Shown here one piece after another: positions 17,168 to 25,561 of a stretch of DNA of 26,849 nt. A model generated the notes under the pieces. That model was given only the letters and a program-made list of their open reading frames with translations. It was not told the origin of the DNA and did no database searches. Source of the stretch: an uncultured Erysipelotrichaceae bacterium. GTDB taxonomy: Bacteria; Bacillota_I; Bacilli_A; RF39; UBA660. How positions within the stretch are numbered: the stretch's first letter is position 1; each line of letters starts with the position of its first letter. The stretch covers positions 1-26,849 of the forward strand of contig CADBMO010000080.1 of assembly GCA_902795755.1 (NCBI GenBank). The letters run 5' to 3'. The position numbers were made by a program, and so were the translations under genes.

Positions 17168-19120
17168 ATGTTTAAGATTCATTCGAAATTTAAACCTAGT
17201 GGTGATCAACCAGAGGCGATAAAAAAATTGGTTGATGGAATTAATAATGGTGAAAAGTACCAAGTTCTTTTAGGTGCAACAGGTACAGGAAAGACGTTTA
17301 CCATTGCAAATGTTATCAAGGAAGTAAATAAACCAACTCTAGTTCTTGCACATAACAAAACACTTGCTGGGCAATTATATAGTGAATTAAAAGAATTATT
17401 TCCGGAAAATCAAGTTTGTTATTTTGTGTCGTACTATGATTATTACCAACCAGAAGCATACGTACCATCAAGTGATACATACATAGAAAAAGATGCATCC
17501 ATTAATGATGAAATTGATGAACTTAGACACTATGCAACTTCATCTTTAATAAGTTCAAAAGACGTAATAGTAGTAGCATCCGTATCATGTATATATGGTA
17601 TTGGTGATAAAGAGGAATATGAAAATCATATGCTTTCTTTGAAGGTGGGAGAAACTATAGATAGAAATGCAATTTTAACCAAGTTGGTAGAAATGCTATA
17701 CGAAAGAAATAACATAGATTTAGTTCGTGGTACTTTTCGTGCAAAAGGAGATGTTATAGAAATTATTCCTGCGTATGAAAAAAGTTTAGGTATAAGAATA
17801 GAATTATTTGGTGATGAAATAGATAGAATAACAGAATTTGATGTTTTAACAGGGCATGTTAAAAGAGAAAGGGAATTTATAACAATTTTTCCAGCATCTC
17901 ATTTCGTTACCTCTGAAGAAAAACTTAAAAAAGCAATTGTAAATATTAAAGAAGAATTAGCAGGTAGACTAGAGTATTTTAAAGAGGCGGGAAAACCTTT
18001 GGAAGAGGAAAGATTATCACAAAGGTGTAATCATGATATCGAAATGCTTGAAGAAACTGGTTTTTGTTCTGGTGTTGAAAACTATTCTAGACATTTAGCA
18101 TTAAAACCTGCTGGTGCAACGCCTACTTGTTTGATTGATTTTTTTCCAAAAGACTTTTTATTAGTAGTTGATGAGTCGCACGTAACTTTGCCACAGGTTA
18201 AGGCAATGTATAATGGTGATAGATCAAGGAAACAAATGCTTGTAGACTATGGGTTTAGATTACCTAGTGCACTTGATAATAGACCACTTAAATATGAAGA
18301 ATTTGAATCAAAAATAAACCAGGTAATATATGTTTCTGCAACGCCCGGCGACGAGGAACTAGAAAAGACTAATAATAAAGTGGTTGAACAAATAATAAGG
18401 CCAACTGGGTTATTAGATCCAAAAGTTGAAGTTAGAAAAGCAGAAAACCAAGTTGATGATTTAATTGAAGAAATAGAAAAACAAATTAATAAGGGAGATA
18501 GAACATTAGTAACTACTCTTACTATTAGAATGGCTGAAGAATTAACATCGTACTTAAAAGATTTAAATATTAAAGTTGCATATTTACATAGTGAAGTAAA
18601 AACATTAGAAAGACTTCAAATAATACATGATTTACGCGTTGGAAAATATGATGTGTTAGTAGGTATTAATCTTTTAAGAGAAGGATTGGATATTCCAGAA
18701 GTTAGTTTAGTTGCAATATTAGATGCAGATAAGCAAGGCTTTTTAAGGAGTAATAGAAGTTTAATTCAAACAATTGGTAGATGTGCAAGGAACGCAGATG
18801 GTAGAGTTATTATGTATGGAGACATTATAAGTGAAGCGATGAAAACTGCTATAGATGAGACACAAAGAAGAAGAAGTGTACAAATAAAATATAATGAAAC
18901 GCATAATATAATACCAAAGACTATAAATAAAAAAATAATGGATGTTGTAAGCGTAAATGCAGAAGAAAAATCATCTAAGAAACATACTACAAGAGATAAA
19001 ATTCATAATGATAAGCTTATAAAAGAATTAGAAAAAGAAATGAATGAAGCTGCTAAAAACTTAGATTTTGAAAGAGCAATGGAATTACGTGATATAATAT
19101 TTGAGATGAAAGTAAATTAG
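17168..19120 (+). CDS. uvrB: Excinuclease ABC subunit B
   Basis: [10 protein letters not shown], Walker [18 protein letters not shown] helicase motif, C-terminal UVR motif [24 protein letters not shown]. Confidence 0.95.
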   Translation: MFKIHSKFKPSGDQPEAIKKLVDGINNGEKYQVLLGATGTGKTFTIANVIKEVNKPTLVLAHNKTLAGQLYSELKELFPENQVCYFVSYYDYYQPEAYVPSSDTYIEKDASINDEIDELRHYATSSLISSKDVIVVASVSCIYGIGDKEEYENHMLSLKVGETIDRNAILTKLVEMLYERNNIDLVRGTFRAKGDVIEIIPAYEKSLGIRIELFGDEIDRITEFDVLTGHVKREREFITIFPASHFVTSEEKLKKAIVNIKEELAGRLEYFKEAGKPLEEERLSQRCNHDIEMLEETGFCSGVENYSRHLALKPAGATPTCLIDFFPKDFLLVVDESHVTLPQVKAMYNGDRSRKQMLVDYGFRLPSALDNRPLKYEEFESKINQVIYVSATPGDEELEKTNNKVVEQIIRPTGLLDPKVEVRKAENQVDDLIEEIEKQINKGDRTLVTTLTIRMAEELTSYLKDLNIKVAYLHSEVKTLERLQIIHDLRVGKYDVLVGINLLREGLDIPEVSLVAILDADKQGFLRSNRSLIQTIGRCARNADGRVIMYGDIISEAMKTAIDETQRRRSVQIKYNETHNIIPKTINKKIMDVVSVNAEEKSSKKHTTRDKIHNDKLIKELEKEMNEAAKNLDFERAMELRDIIFEMKVN

Positions 19121-19132
19121 TAGGAGGTAATT

Positions 19133-19675
19133 ATGAAAGATAGTAAAAATGAAATTGCAATTATAGGATTTATATGTTCTATATGTGGATATTTTTCCGC
19201 GGGTTTAACTTCGATATTTGGCTTAGTATTGTCAATAATTGGATTGAAAAAATCAAAAAAATTAAATGGTAGTAATAAAACATTTGCAAAGGTAGGTATT
19301 GTACTAAGTATAATACAAATACTATTAATAGTATTATTTGTTTTCTTTCTTATATTGCTAGATGGTGATTTTAAAATGTTTAATGGTAATAGAAAAAAAG
19401 ACTATAGGATTACTGAAGAAAGAAAATATATAGATGAACAAAACGTGGTATACATAGAAGGAAAGCTAACTAATATAAGTAACGATAAATTAAAAAATAT
19501 AAATATTTCTTATACTACGTATGATGAAGAAAAAAATATTACCGGTAATTGTTCTACTTATGTAGAAGAAGTGCCTAAAAAAAGAACTTGGAAATTCACT
19601 GCATCTTGTGATGCTATAGAGAAAAATATTGTAACGTTTAAACTTAAAGAAGTTATAGTAAATGGTTTTGATTAA
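19133..19675 (+). CDS. DUF4190-type membrane hairpin protein with FxLYD-like extracytoplasmic domain
   Basis: TM hairpin with GLVLSIIGLKKSKKLNG (DUF4190-like). C-terminal YIEGKLTNISNDKLKNINISYTTYDEEKNITG resembles the FxLYD domain. Strong SD AGGAGG 12 nt after the uvrB stop. Confidence 0.55.
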   Translation: MKDSKNEIAIIGFICSICGYFSAGLTSIFGLVLSIIGLKKSKKLNGSNKTFAKVGIVLSIIQILLIVLFVFFLILLDGDFKMFNGNRKKDYRITEERKYIDEQNVVYIEGKLTNISNDKLKNINISYTTYDEEKNITGNCSTYVEEVPKKRTWKFTASCDAIEKNIVTFKLKEVIVNGFD

Positions 19676-19718
19676 AAAAACATTAATCTAAATCTTGTGA
19701 AATAAAAATGAATGTTAA

Positions 19719-19747
19719 TTGATAAATTTATAAAAAACTGATATAAT
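19719..19747 (+). promoter_or_regulatory. Near-consensus sigma-A promoter (TTGATA-17 nt-TATAAT)
   Basis: -35 at 19719-19724 and -10 at 19742-19747, 48 nt upstream of ATG 19795. Confidence 0.55.
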
Positions 19748-19794
19748 GTGCTTATAAAATAGATTAGTATCAATTTTTATAAAGGAGGGGTAAC

Positions 19795-20772
19795 ATGGCT
19801 AGCAAAACTAAAGCAGCAACTAACAGTAAAAAAGCTGCATATAGAAGAAATGGTAATAATAAAAAAAAGGCAAGTCAAACACCTATTGAAAAAAAAGAAA
19901 ATAATAAAACAACAACTAAAAAAGTAGTTGAAGAAAAACCAATGGCAAAAAAACAGCCTATAAAGAAAACAACGGTAACTAAAAAAGAGATAAAAAAAGA
20001 AATGCCAAAAAAAGTAGAGAAGGTAAAAAATCAAGAACAAACTATTATTCAAAATAAAGAGCCTGTAGTAAATGAAGCTCAACAACCTATTAAAAAAAGA
20101 ATTAGACGTAAGAAAAACACTTTTTCAAGTGCAGGATTAGTATGTTCAACATGTGGCTTTATTACATGTGGTTTGAGTTCTGTATTTGGAATAATACTTT
20201 CAATAATTGGTTTAAAAAAATCTAAAAGCTTAGATGGAGAAGGTAAAAGCAATGCAGTAAATGGTATTATTTTAGGTGTTGTATCGCTTTTGATTTTTAT
20301 AGGTATTTTCCTTTTCTTATATGTTTTTTCGGTAAATACTGTTAAAGAAACAAAAAGAAAGGCTAATGAGAGAAACACCCCTGTTTATAAAATGAATGAA
20401 GATATAGAAATTAGTGATACATATGGTGATTATTCAATTAAGATTACTAATGTAAGAGAATCAAGTGAAAGAACTAATAATGCAAAAATAAAAGCAGATA
20501 GAGTAATAGTAGTATCTTACGAATATACAAATATTAATATGGATCAAAATTTATTTATAACGGGTGCTCGTTTTACAGCATATGATAAAAACAACGTTAT
20601 GCTTCAAAACTATCCAATTGATTATTTGTTACCGGATTATATCGCAAGAGGTAGAACAGCCCAAGCTGAAATTGTTTATGCTCTTAATAACGATAGTAAT
20701 GAAGTAGAATTAGAATTTTATAAAAGTATGTTTGATGCTAAAGCGTACTGTATAATTAAATTGAATTGGTAA
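19795..20772 (+). CDS. DUF4190-type membrane protein with about 110-aa Lys-rich cytoplasmic N-terminus and DUF4352/DUF5067-like C-terminal domain
   Basis: SD AAAGGAGGGG. TM hairpin paralogous to the upstream gene, with the identical block LSIIGLKKSK. C-terminal beta-rich domain (VIVVSYEYTNINMDQNLFI..., AQAEIVYALNNDSNEVELEFY). Confidence 0.55.
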   Translation: MASKTKAATNSKKAAYRRNGNNKKKASQTPIEKKENNKTTTKKVVEEKPMAKKQPIKKTTVTKKEIKKEMPKKVEKVKNQEQTIIQNKEPVVNEAQQPIKKRIRRKKNTFSSAGLVCSTCGFITCGLSSVFGIILSIIGLKKSKSLDGEGKSNAVNGIILGVVSLLIFIGIFLFLYVFSVNTVKETKRKANERNTPVYKMNEDIEISDTYGDYSIKITNVRESSERTNNAKIKADRVIVVSYEYTNINMDQNLFITGARFTAYDKNNVMLQNYPIDYLLPDYIARGRTAQAEIVYALNNDSNEVELEFYKSMFDAKAYCIIKLNW

Positions 20773-20808
20773 AAAAAGAATGAACTATTTTTGTTCATTC
20801 TTTTTCTT
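20771..20808. terminator. Bidirectional terminator between convergent genes
   Basis: 12-bp stem AAAAGAATGAAC (20774-20785) / GTTCATTCTTTT (20793-20804), with an A-run upstream and a T-run downstream. Confidence 0.75.
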
Positions 20809-21111
20809 TCTTTGTATGCAATACCAAATTACATCGTTTTGATCTCCTTCACTTAAACTATTAAATTCATGTAATAATCTATCGCTTTTTTTACTTTCAT
20901 TTAATGAATATGGTAAATTATTTGTTGTTCTATCTAATAAATAGTCAATAGAGGTTTCTAAGAAATCAGCCATTTTAATTAGTGTTTCAACACTTGGGAA
21001 AGCTTTACCACTTTCATATGCGCTTATTGTTTCTTGAGATACTTCTGCTGCTACTGATAACCTAATTTGAGTTATTCCTTTTTCTTTTCTAATACTTCTT
21101 AAATTCTTCAT
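20785..21111 (-). CDS. XRE-family helix-turn-helix transcriptional regulator
   Basis: N-terminal HTH_3 pattern LRSIRKEKGITQIRLSVAAEVSQETISAYESGKAFPSVETLIKMADFLETSIDYLL. 108 aa. Confidence 0.85.
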   Translation of the reverse strand: MKNLRSIRKEKGITQIRLSVAAEVSQETISAYESGKAFPSVETLIKMADFLETSIDYLLDRTTNNLPYSLNESKKSDRLLHEFNSLSEGDQNDVIWYCIQRKKKNEQK

Positions 21112-21145
21112 ACTACTACTTCTTTCAATATTTCATTAATAATTT

Positions 21146-21169
21146 TACAAAATGTATTTGTATTTTGTA
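21146..21169. promoter_or_regulatory. Inverted repeat TACAAAAT-N8-ATTTTGTA (candidate XRE operator)
   Basis: Read directly in the 158-bp divergent intergenic region. Overlaps the -35 of the + strand promoter. Confidence 0.45.
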
Positions 21170-21186
21170 GATATATAGTATATAAT
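21158..21186 (+). promoter_or_regulatory. Sigma-A type promoter (TTGTAT-17 nt-TATAAT)
   Basis: -35 at 21158-21163 and -10 at 21181-21186, upstream of the gene at 21270. Confidence 0.4.
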
Positions 21187-21269
21187 AAATATAGATACAG
21201 TCTATAATTATTATATGAATTAATTAAATTATTATGCTGTAAATATTAAGAAAGGAGTAAATAAGTAGT

Positions 21270-21881
21270 ATGAAAAAGTGCAAATATTGTCAAAATGAAA
21301 TTGATCCAAAATTAAAAGTTTGTCCTATTTGCAAGAGAAAACAAGGAGGTTTTCCGACTTGGGCAAAAATTCTTATTGGTATATTCATAGCAATTATTGT
21401 GTTGTCAGCTATAGGAAATGCAGATGATGAAACACCGTCTAAAACAAGCTCTTCAAAGGGAGATACTGAACAAATCTACAACATAGGGGATACAATAGCA
21501 TTTAAAAATTATGAAGTAACAATAGATGCAGTTACTACTCAAAGTGAGGTTGGAGGGGAATATTTTAAAACAACACCATCCGATGGCGGCATCTTTGTTT
21601 GTGTTGATTTAAAATATAAAAACACTTCAGATCAACCTATCAGTAGTTTCTCAACGCCTACAATTAGACTTGTAGATTCAAATGGTACAAAATATTCTGA
21701 GGATATAGAAGCTTCATCTTACTATGCAACAGAAAAGGATCCAGATAGGAAAATACTAAGTGATTTGAATCCAGGAATCACAGTAAGCGATAATGAGGTG
21801 TATGAAATATCAAAAGATGCATATGAAACTGGCGAATGGTACTTGGTTATAGACGGAAGAGTAAAAATAAAAGTTAAGTAA
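21270..21881 (+). CDS. Zinc-ribbon / single-TM / DUF4352 domain protein
   Basis: CKYC-x11-CPIC zinc ribbon, TM helix (AKILIGIFIAIIVLSAIG), and a C-terminal domain with YNIGDTIAFKNYEVTIDAV ... GIFVCVDLKYKNTSDQPIS typical of DUF4352. Confidence 0.65.
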   Translation: MKKCKYCQNEIDPKLKVCPICKRKQGGFPTWAKILIGIFIAIIVLSAIGNADDETPSKTSSSKGDTEQIYNIGDTIAFKNYEVTIDAVTTQSEVGGEYFKTTPSDGGIFVCVDLKYKNTSDQPISSFSTPTIRLVDSNGTKYSEDIEASSYYATEKDPDRKILSDLNPGITVSDNEVYEISKDAYETGEWYLVIDGRVKIKVK

Positions 21882-21908
21882 AAAAATGTAGCTTGCTACA
21901 TTTTTTTG
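21881..21908 (+). terminator. Rho-independent terminator
   Basis: AATGTAG (21885-21891) / CTACATT (21896-21902), then T6. Confidence 0.7.
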
Positions 21909-21988
21909 TTTATTTAGATTATAATATAAATAATGTTTAAAAAACAAAGTATTTGTGATAAAATATCGAAGAGAAGCAGGTGGTATAT

Positions 21989-24802
21989 ATGGATAAGATA
22001 ATAATAAAGGGTGCAAGAGAGAATAACTTGAAGAATATTGATATAGAAATACCTAAGAATAAATTAACAGTTATGACTGGTGTATCAGGTTCTGGTAAGT
22101 CTTCACTTGCATTTGATACTATATATGCAGAGGGTCAAAGAAGGTATGTAGAAAGTTTATCTGCGTATGCAAGACAATTTTTAGGTGGAACATCAAAACC
22201 AGACGTAGACTCAATAGAAGGTTTATCTCCATCTATATCTATAGATCAAAAAACCACAAATAATAACCCTCGTTCTACCGTAGGTACCGTTACCGAAATA
22301 TATGATTACCTTAGACTGTTATATGCAAGAATTGGTGTTCCTTATTGTCCAAATCATAATATACCAATATCAAGTCAATCAATTGAAGAAATGACTAATC
22401 AAATAATGAACGAAGAAGATGGTACGAAATTAATCATTATGTCTCCTGTTGCGTATGGCGAAAAGGGAACTTTTAAAGATTTATTAGATAAATTAAGAAA
22501 AGATGGATACGTAAGGGTAAAAATTGATGATAAAACAATGGATTTAAGTGAAGATATAGTACTAGAAAAAAATAAGAAACATAAGATATTGGTTATAATA
22601 GATAGAATTATTAAGAAAATAGAGTCTAGAAGTAGATTAAATGAAGCACTTGAATTAGCATGTAAATTATCAAAAGGAAAGGCAGTAGTTGAGATTCCAG
22701 GTAGAGATGAAATAGTAATGAGTGAATCTTTTGCATGCCCACATTGTGATTTTTCATTAGAAGAATTAGAACCTAGAATGTTTAGTTTTAATGCACCATA
22801 TGGGTCATGTCCTGATTGTAAAGGGTTAGGATTTAAACAAAAAATGAGCGCAGATTTGATCATACCTGATAAAGAAAAAACGTTAAGACGCGGCGGGATT
22901 GAACCTTATGCAGGGATGGATGAGTATAATATTTATATTAAAAAGTTAGAAATAGTATGTGATAAATATAATATAGACATGAACAAAAAGATGAAAGATT
23001 ATACTAAAAAAGAATTAGATATAATCTTAAATGGTACTACTGAGCCAATTGAATTTAAGTTTTCAACAAGAAGTGGAAACAATATGAATAGCTACGAACC
23101 TTATGAAGGTGTATTAAATAATCTAGAGCGAAGATATTTTGAAACTAATAGTGAGTTTATAAGGGAATGGCTTGGTAAATACATGGTAGAGTTAACTTGT
23201 CCTACGTGTCATGGTAAAAGATTAAAAGATAGTGTATTATCTGTATTAATTAATCACAAGAACATAATAGATTTAACTGATATGAACATTGATAAATTGT
23301 ATAAGTTTTTTGATACCTTAAAACTAAGTAAAGAAAAAGAAGAGATAGCAAGATTGTTAGTTAAGGAAATTAAATCAAGACTAGAGTTTTTACATAACGT
23401 AGGTCTTGGATATTTAACTTTATCTAGAAGTGCTGGTACTTTATCTGGTGGCGAAGCACAAAGAATAAGACTTGCAACTCAAATAGGGTCACAATTAACG
23501 GGTGTTTTATATGTGTTAGATGAACCTAGTATTGGTCTTCATCAAAGAGATAACCAAAGATTAATTAATTCACTTTTAAAAATGAGGGATATAGGCAATA
23601 CATTAATAGTTGTTGAGCATGATACTGATACTATGTTACAAGCTGATTACTTAGTAGATATAGGTCCTGGTGCAGGTGATCATGGTGGTGAAGTTGTTGC
23701 AAGTGGTACTCCTAAGGAAGTAATGGAAAATAAAAATAGTATTACTGGTGATTATCTAAGTGGAAGAAAAATGATAGAAATTCCAAAAAAACGTAGAAAA
23801 GGTAATGGTAAATTTATTGAGATAAAAGGTGCTAAAGAAAATAACTTAAAGAATATTAATGTTAAATTCCCACTTGGTAAATTAGTGTTAGTAACTGGTG
23901 TATCAGGTTCTGGAAAAAGTAGTTTGGTAAATCAAATATTATATAAAGCTCTTGCGCTTAATGTTTATGGTTCTCGTGTTGTACCAGGAAAACATAAAGC
24001 CATTAAAGGTTTAGAAAATATTGATAAAGTAATTGATATTACTCAAGACCCAATAGGCAGAACACCAAGAAGTAATCCTGCTACATATGTAGGAGTATTT
24101 GATGATATAAGAGATGTTTTTGCGCAAACTAAAGAAGCTAAAATAAGGGGCTATGAAAAAGGAAGATTTTCTTTCAACGTAAAAGGCGGAAGGTGTGAAG
24201 CTTGCTGGGGAGATGGAGTTAAAAAAATATCAATGAACTTTTTACCAGATGTGTATGTACCATGTGAAGTTTGTGGTGGTACAAGATTTAACAAAGAAAC
24301 ATTAGAAGTTAAGTATAAGGATAAAACCATATATGACGTACTTCAAATGAGAGTAGATGAAGCATTAGAGTTTTTTGAAAATCATCAAAAGATAAAAAGA
24401 AAATTACAAGTAATGCAGGATGTAGGCCTTGGCTACATAAAACTTGGGCAAAGTGCTCCAACTTTATCTGGTGGTGAAGCATCACGTGTTAAGTTAGCTA
24501 AAGAATTACAAAAAAAGCCAACTGGAAAAAGTGTGTTTATTTTGGATGAACCAACTACTGGATTACATAGTCATGATATAAAAAGACTATTAACAATTTT
24601 AAATAGAATAGTTGATAATGGTGATACTGTTATTGTTATAGAACATAATTTAGATGTTATAAAAGTAGCAGATCATATAATTGATTTAGGGCCTGAAGGC
24701 GGAGATGATGGCGGTACAATCGTATGTGAAGGTACACCAGAAAAAGTATCTAAGTGTTCTTCGTCTTATACAGGACAATATTTAAGCAAAATATTAAAAT
24801 AA
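21989..24802 (+). CDS. uvrA: Excinuclease ABC subunit A
   Basis: Two ABC modules (GVSGSGKSS twice; LSGGEAQR and LSGGEASR signatures), CxxC zinc modules (CPHCDF..CPDCKG, CPTCHG, CEAC..CEVCGG). ATG 21989 follows SD AGGTGG. Confidence 0.95.
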   Translation: MDKIIIKGARENNLKNIDIEIPKNKLTVMTGVSGSGKSSLAFDTIYAEGQRRYVESLSAYARQFLGGTSKPDVDSIEGLSPSISIDQKTTNNNPRSTVGTVTEIYDYLRLLYARIGVPYCPNHNIPISSQSIEEMTNQIMNEEDGTKLIIMSPVAYGEKGTFKDLLDKLRKDGYVRVKIDDKTMDLSEDIVLEKNKKHKILVIIDRIIKKIESRSRLNEALELACKLSKGKAVVEIPGRDEIVMSESFACPHCDFSLEELEPRMFSFNAPYGSCPDCKGLGFKQKMSADLIIPDKEKTLRRGGIEPYAGMDEYNIYIKKLEIVCDKYNIDMNKKMKDYTKKELDIILNGTTEPIEFKFSTRSGNNMNSYEPYEGVLNNLERRYFETNSEFIREWLGKYMVELTCPTCHGKRLKDSVLSVLINHKNIIDLTDMNIDKLYKFFDTLKLSKEKEEIARLLVKEIKSRLEFLHNVGLGYLTLSRSAGTLSGGEAQRIRLATQIGSQLTGVLYVLDEPSIGLHQRDNQRLINSLLKMRDIGNTLIVVEHDTDTMLQADYLVDIGPGAGDHGGEVVASGTPKEVMENKNSITGDYLSGRKMIEIPKKRRKGNGKFIEIKGAKENNLKNINVKFPLGKLVLVTGVSGSGKSSLVNQILYKALALNVYGSRVVPGKHKAIKGLENIDKVIDITQDPIGRTPRSNPATYVGVFDDIRDVFAQTKEAKIRGYEKGRFSFNVKGGRCEACWGDGVKKISMNFLPDVYVPCEVCGGTRFNKETLEVKYKDKTIYDVLQMRVDEALEFFENHQKIKRKLQVMQDVGLGYIKLGQSAPTLSGGEASRVKLAKELQKKPTGKSVFILDEPTTGLHSHDIKRLLTILNRIVDNGDTVIVIEHNLDVIKVADHIIDLGPEGGDDGGTIVCEGTPEKVSKCSSSYTGQYLSKILK

Positions 24803-24831
24803 ACGAGGGTTTTTAACAGTTTTGTAGAATA

Positions 24832-24867
24832 ATAAGGTAAAGGTATATTACTTTTACCTTATTTTTA
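24832..24867 (+). terminator. Rho-independent terminator
   Basis: ATAAGGTAAAG (24832-24842) / CTTTTACCTTAT (24851-24862) with one bulge, then T5. Confidence 0.65.
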
Positions 24868-24944
24868 TATGATTTTTTAATGAGTTTAATCTTAACTTTT
24901 CTATCTTTATTAATGATAAAATTGTTATAGCAGGAGGTGATTAA

Positions 24945-25361
24945 ATGATAAAAAACACAAGCATATCTTGGCCTAGTACAAAAGAAAACGTAAATGCCAT
25001 AATCAAAAAATATAATTTTGTAGTTTTATCAGTTAGTCCCTCCGTTGAAATTGTGGATGAAGCCTTAAAATTTAAACTTATTCAAGAAGAAGATTTAAAA
25101 AAAGAATATATTAAGTTAACAAAAGAAGAAATAGAAGAAAGAATTAAATTTATTAATTATGTTAGATTCTCATATAATAAGCTAACTACAGATGAAAGAA
25201 AAATTATTTATTGGACCTTTTTTGATAAAGAAAATAATTATGATGATAGGTTTATTGCAAATAATTTAGGTTTTTCTCTTGGATATTATTATATAAAAAA
25301 GAAAGATGCAATAATAAGGTTCGCGTTTTCTTTGGGAGTTGAAAGCATAGATGATAAATAG
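24945..25361 (+). CDS. ArpU-family / sigma-70 region-4-like (DUF1492-like) transcriptional regulator
   Basis: 138 aa. The C-terminal LTTDERKIIYWTFFDKE...DRFIANNLGFSLGYYYIKKKDAIIRFAFSLGV fits the ArpU-type HTH pattern. SD AGGAGGTGA. Confidence 0.5.
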   Translation: MIKNTSISWPSTKENVNAIIKKYNFVVLSVSPSVEIVDEALKFKLIQEEDLKKEYIKLTKEEIEERIKFINYVRFSYNKLTTDERKIIYWTFFDKENNYDDRFIANNLGFSLGYYYIKKKDAIIRFAFSLGVESIDDK

Positions 25362-25485
25362 ATTAAAAGAAATATATCCAGGATATCTTATTCTTAAAGA
25401 TAAAAAGAATATTAATAAGAATTATAAAAAATATATAATAATAATAGATAAAAACACATATGAAGTGCATAATAAGACAAACTAA
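25351..25485 (+). CDS. Candidate 44-aa ORF overlapping the ArpU-like gene end (MINRLKEIYPGYLILKDKKNINKNYKKYIIIIDKNTYEVHNKTN)
   Basis: ATG 25351 lies within the last codons of the upstream gene (GATGATAAATAG). The ORF ends in the 5' arm and loop of the terminator hairpin. No family recognised. Confidence 0.3.
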   Translation: MINRLKEIYPGYLILKDKKNINKNYKKYIIIIDKNTYEVHNKTN

Positions 25486-25506
25486 AAAGTTTGTTTTATT
25501 TTTTTG
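25477..25506 (+). terminator. Rho-independent terminator
   Basis: ACAAACT (25477-25483) / AGTTTGT (25488-25494), then a T-rich run. Confidence 0.65.
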
Positions 25507-25561
25507 TATTAAAAAGTTTTAAAATGATTAATTGCTGTGCTATAATAAAAAAGGTGATTTT

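Noticed and set aside
19777-20085. A 102-aa Phe/Leu-rich minus-strand ORF.
   Set aside because: It is the reverse complement of the Lys-rich (AAA/AAG) N-terminal coding region of the gene at 19795, so TTT/CTT codons arise automatically. It has no start context.
19121-21988. Considered whether the uvrB-uvrA insertion is a mobile element or prophage remnant.
   Set aside because: There is no recombinase, no phage structural or replication genes, and no flanking direct or inverted repeats that I could detect. Base composition looks like the rest of the window. Kept as an accessory cassette, not called mobile.
22399-22863. A 154-aa minus-strand ORF inside uvrA. Similar antisense ORFs occur at 2437-2637, 2768-2962, 5753-5968, 6368-6583, 7784-7993, 8026-8250, 8303-8569, 8614-8796, 9043-9342, 10736-11062, 10980-11174, 16943-17263, 17316-17498, 20079-20378 and 21810-22016.
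   Set aside because: All lie antisense to confidently identified, motif-bearing genes. They lack SD sequences and have low-complexity or odd composition. These are shadow ORFs expected in AT-rich DNA with few stop codons on the complementary strand.
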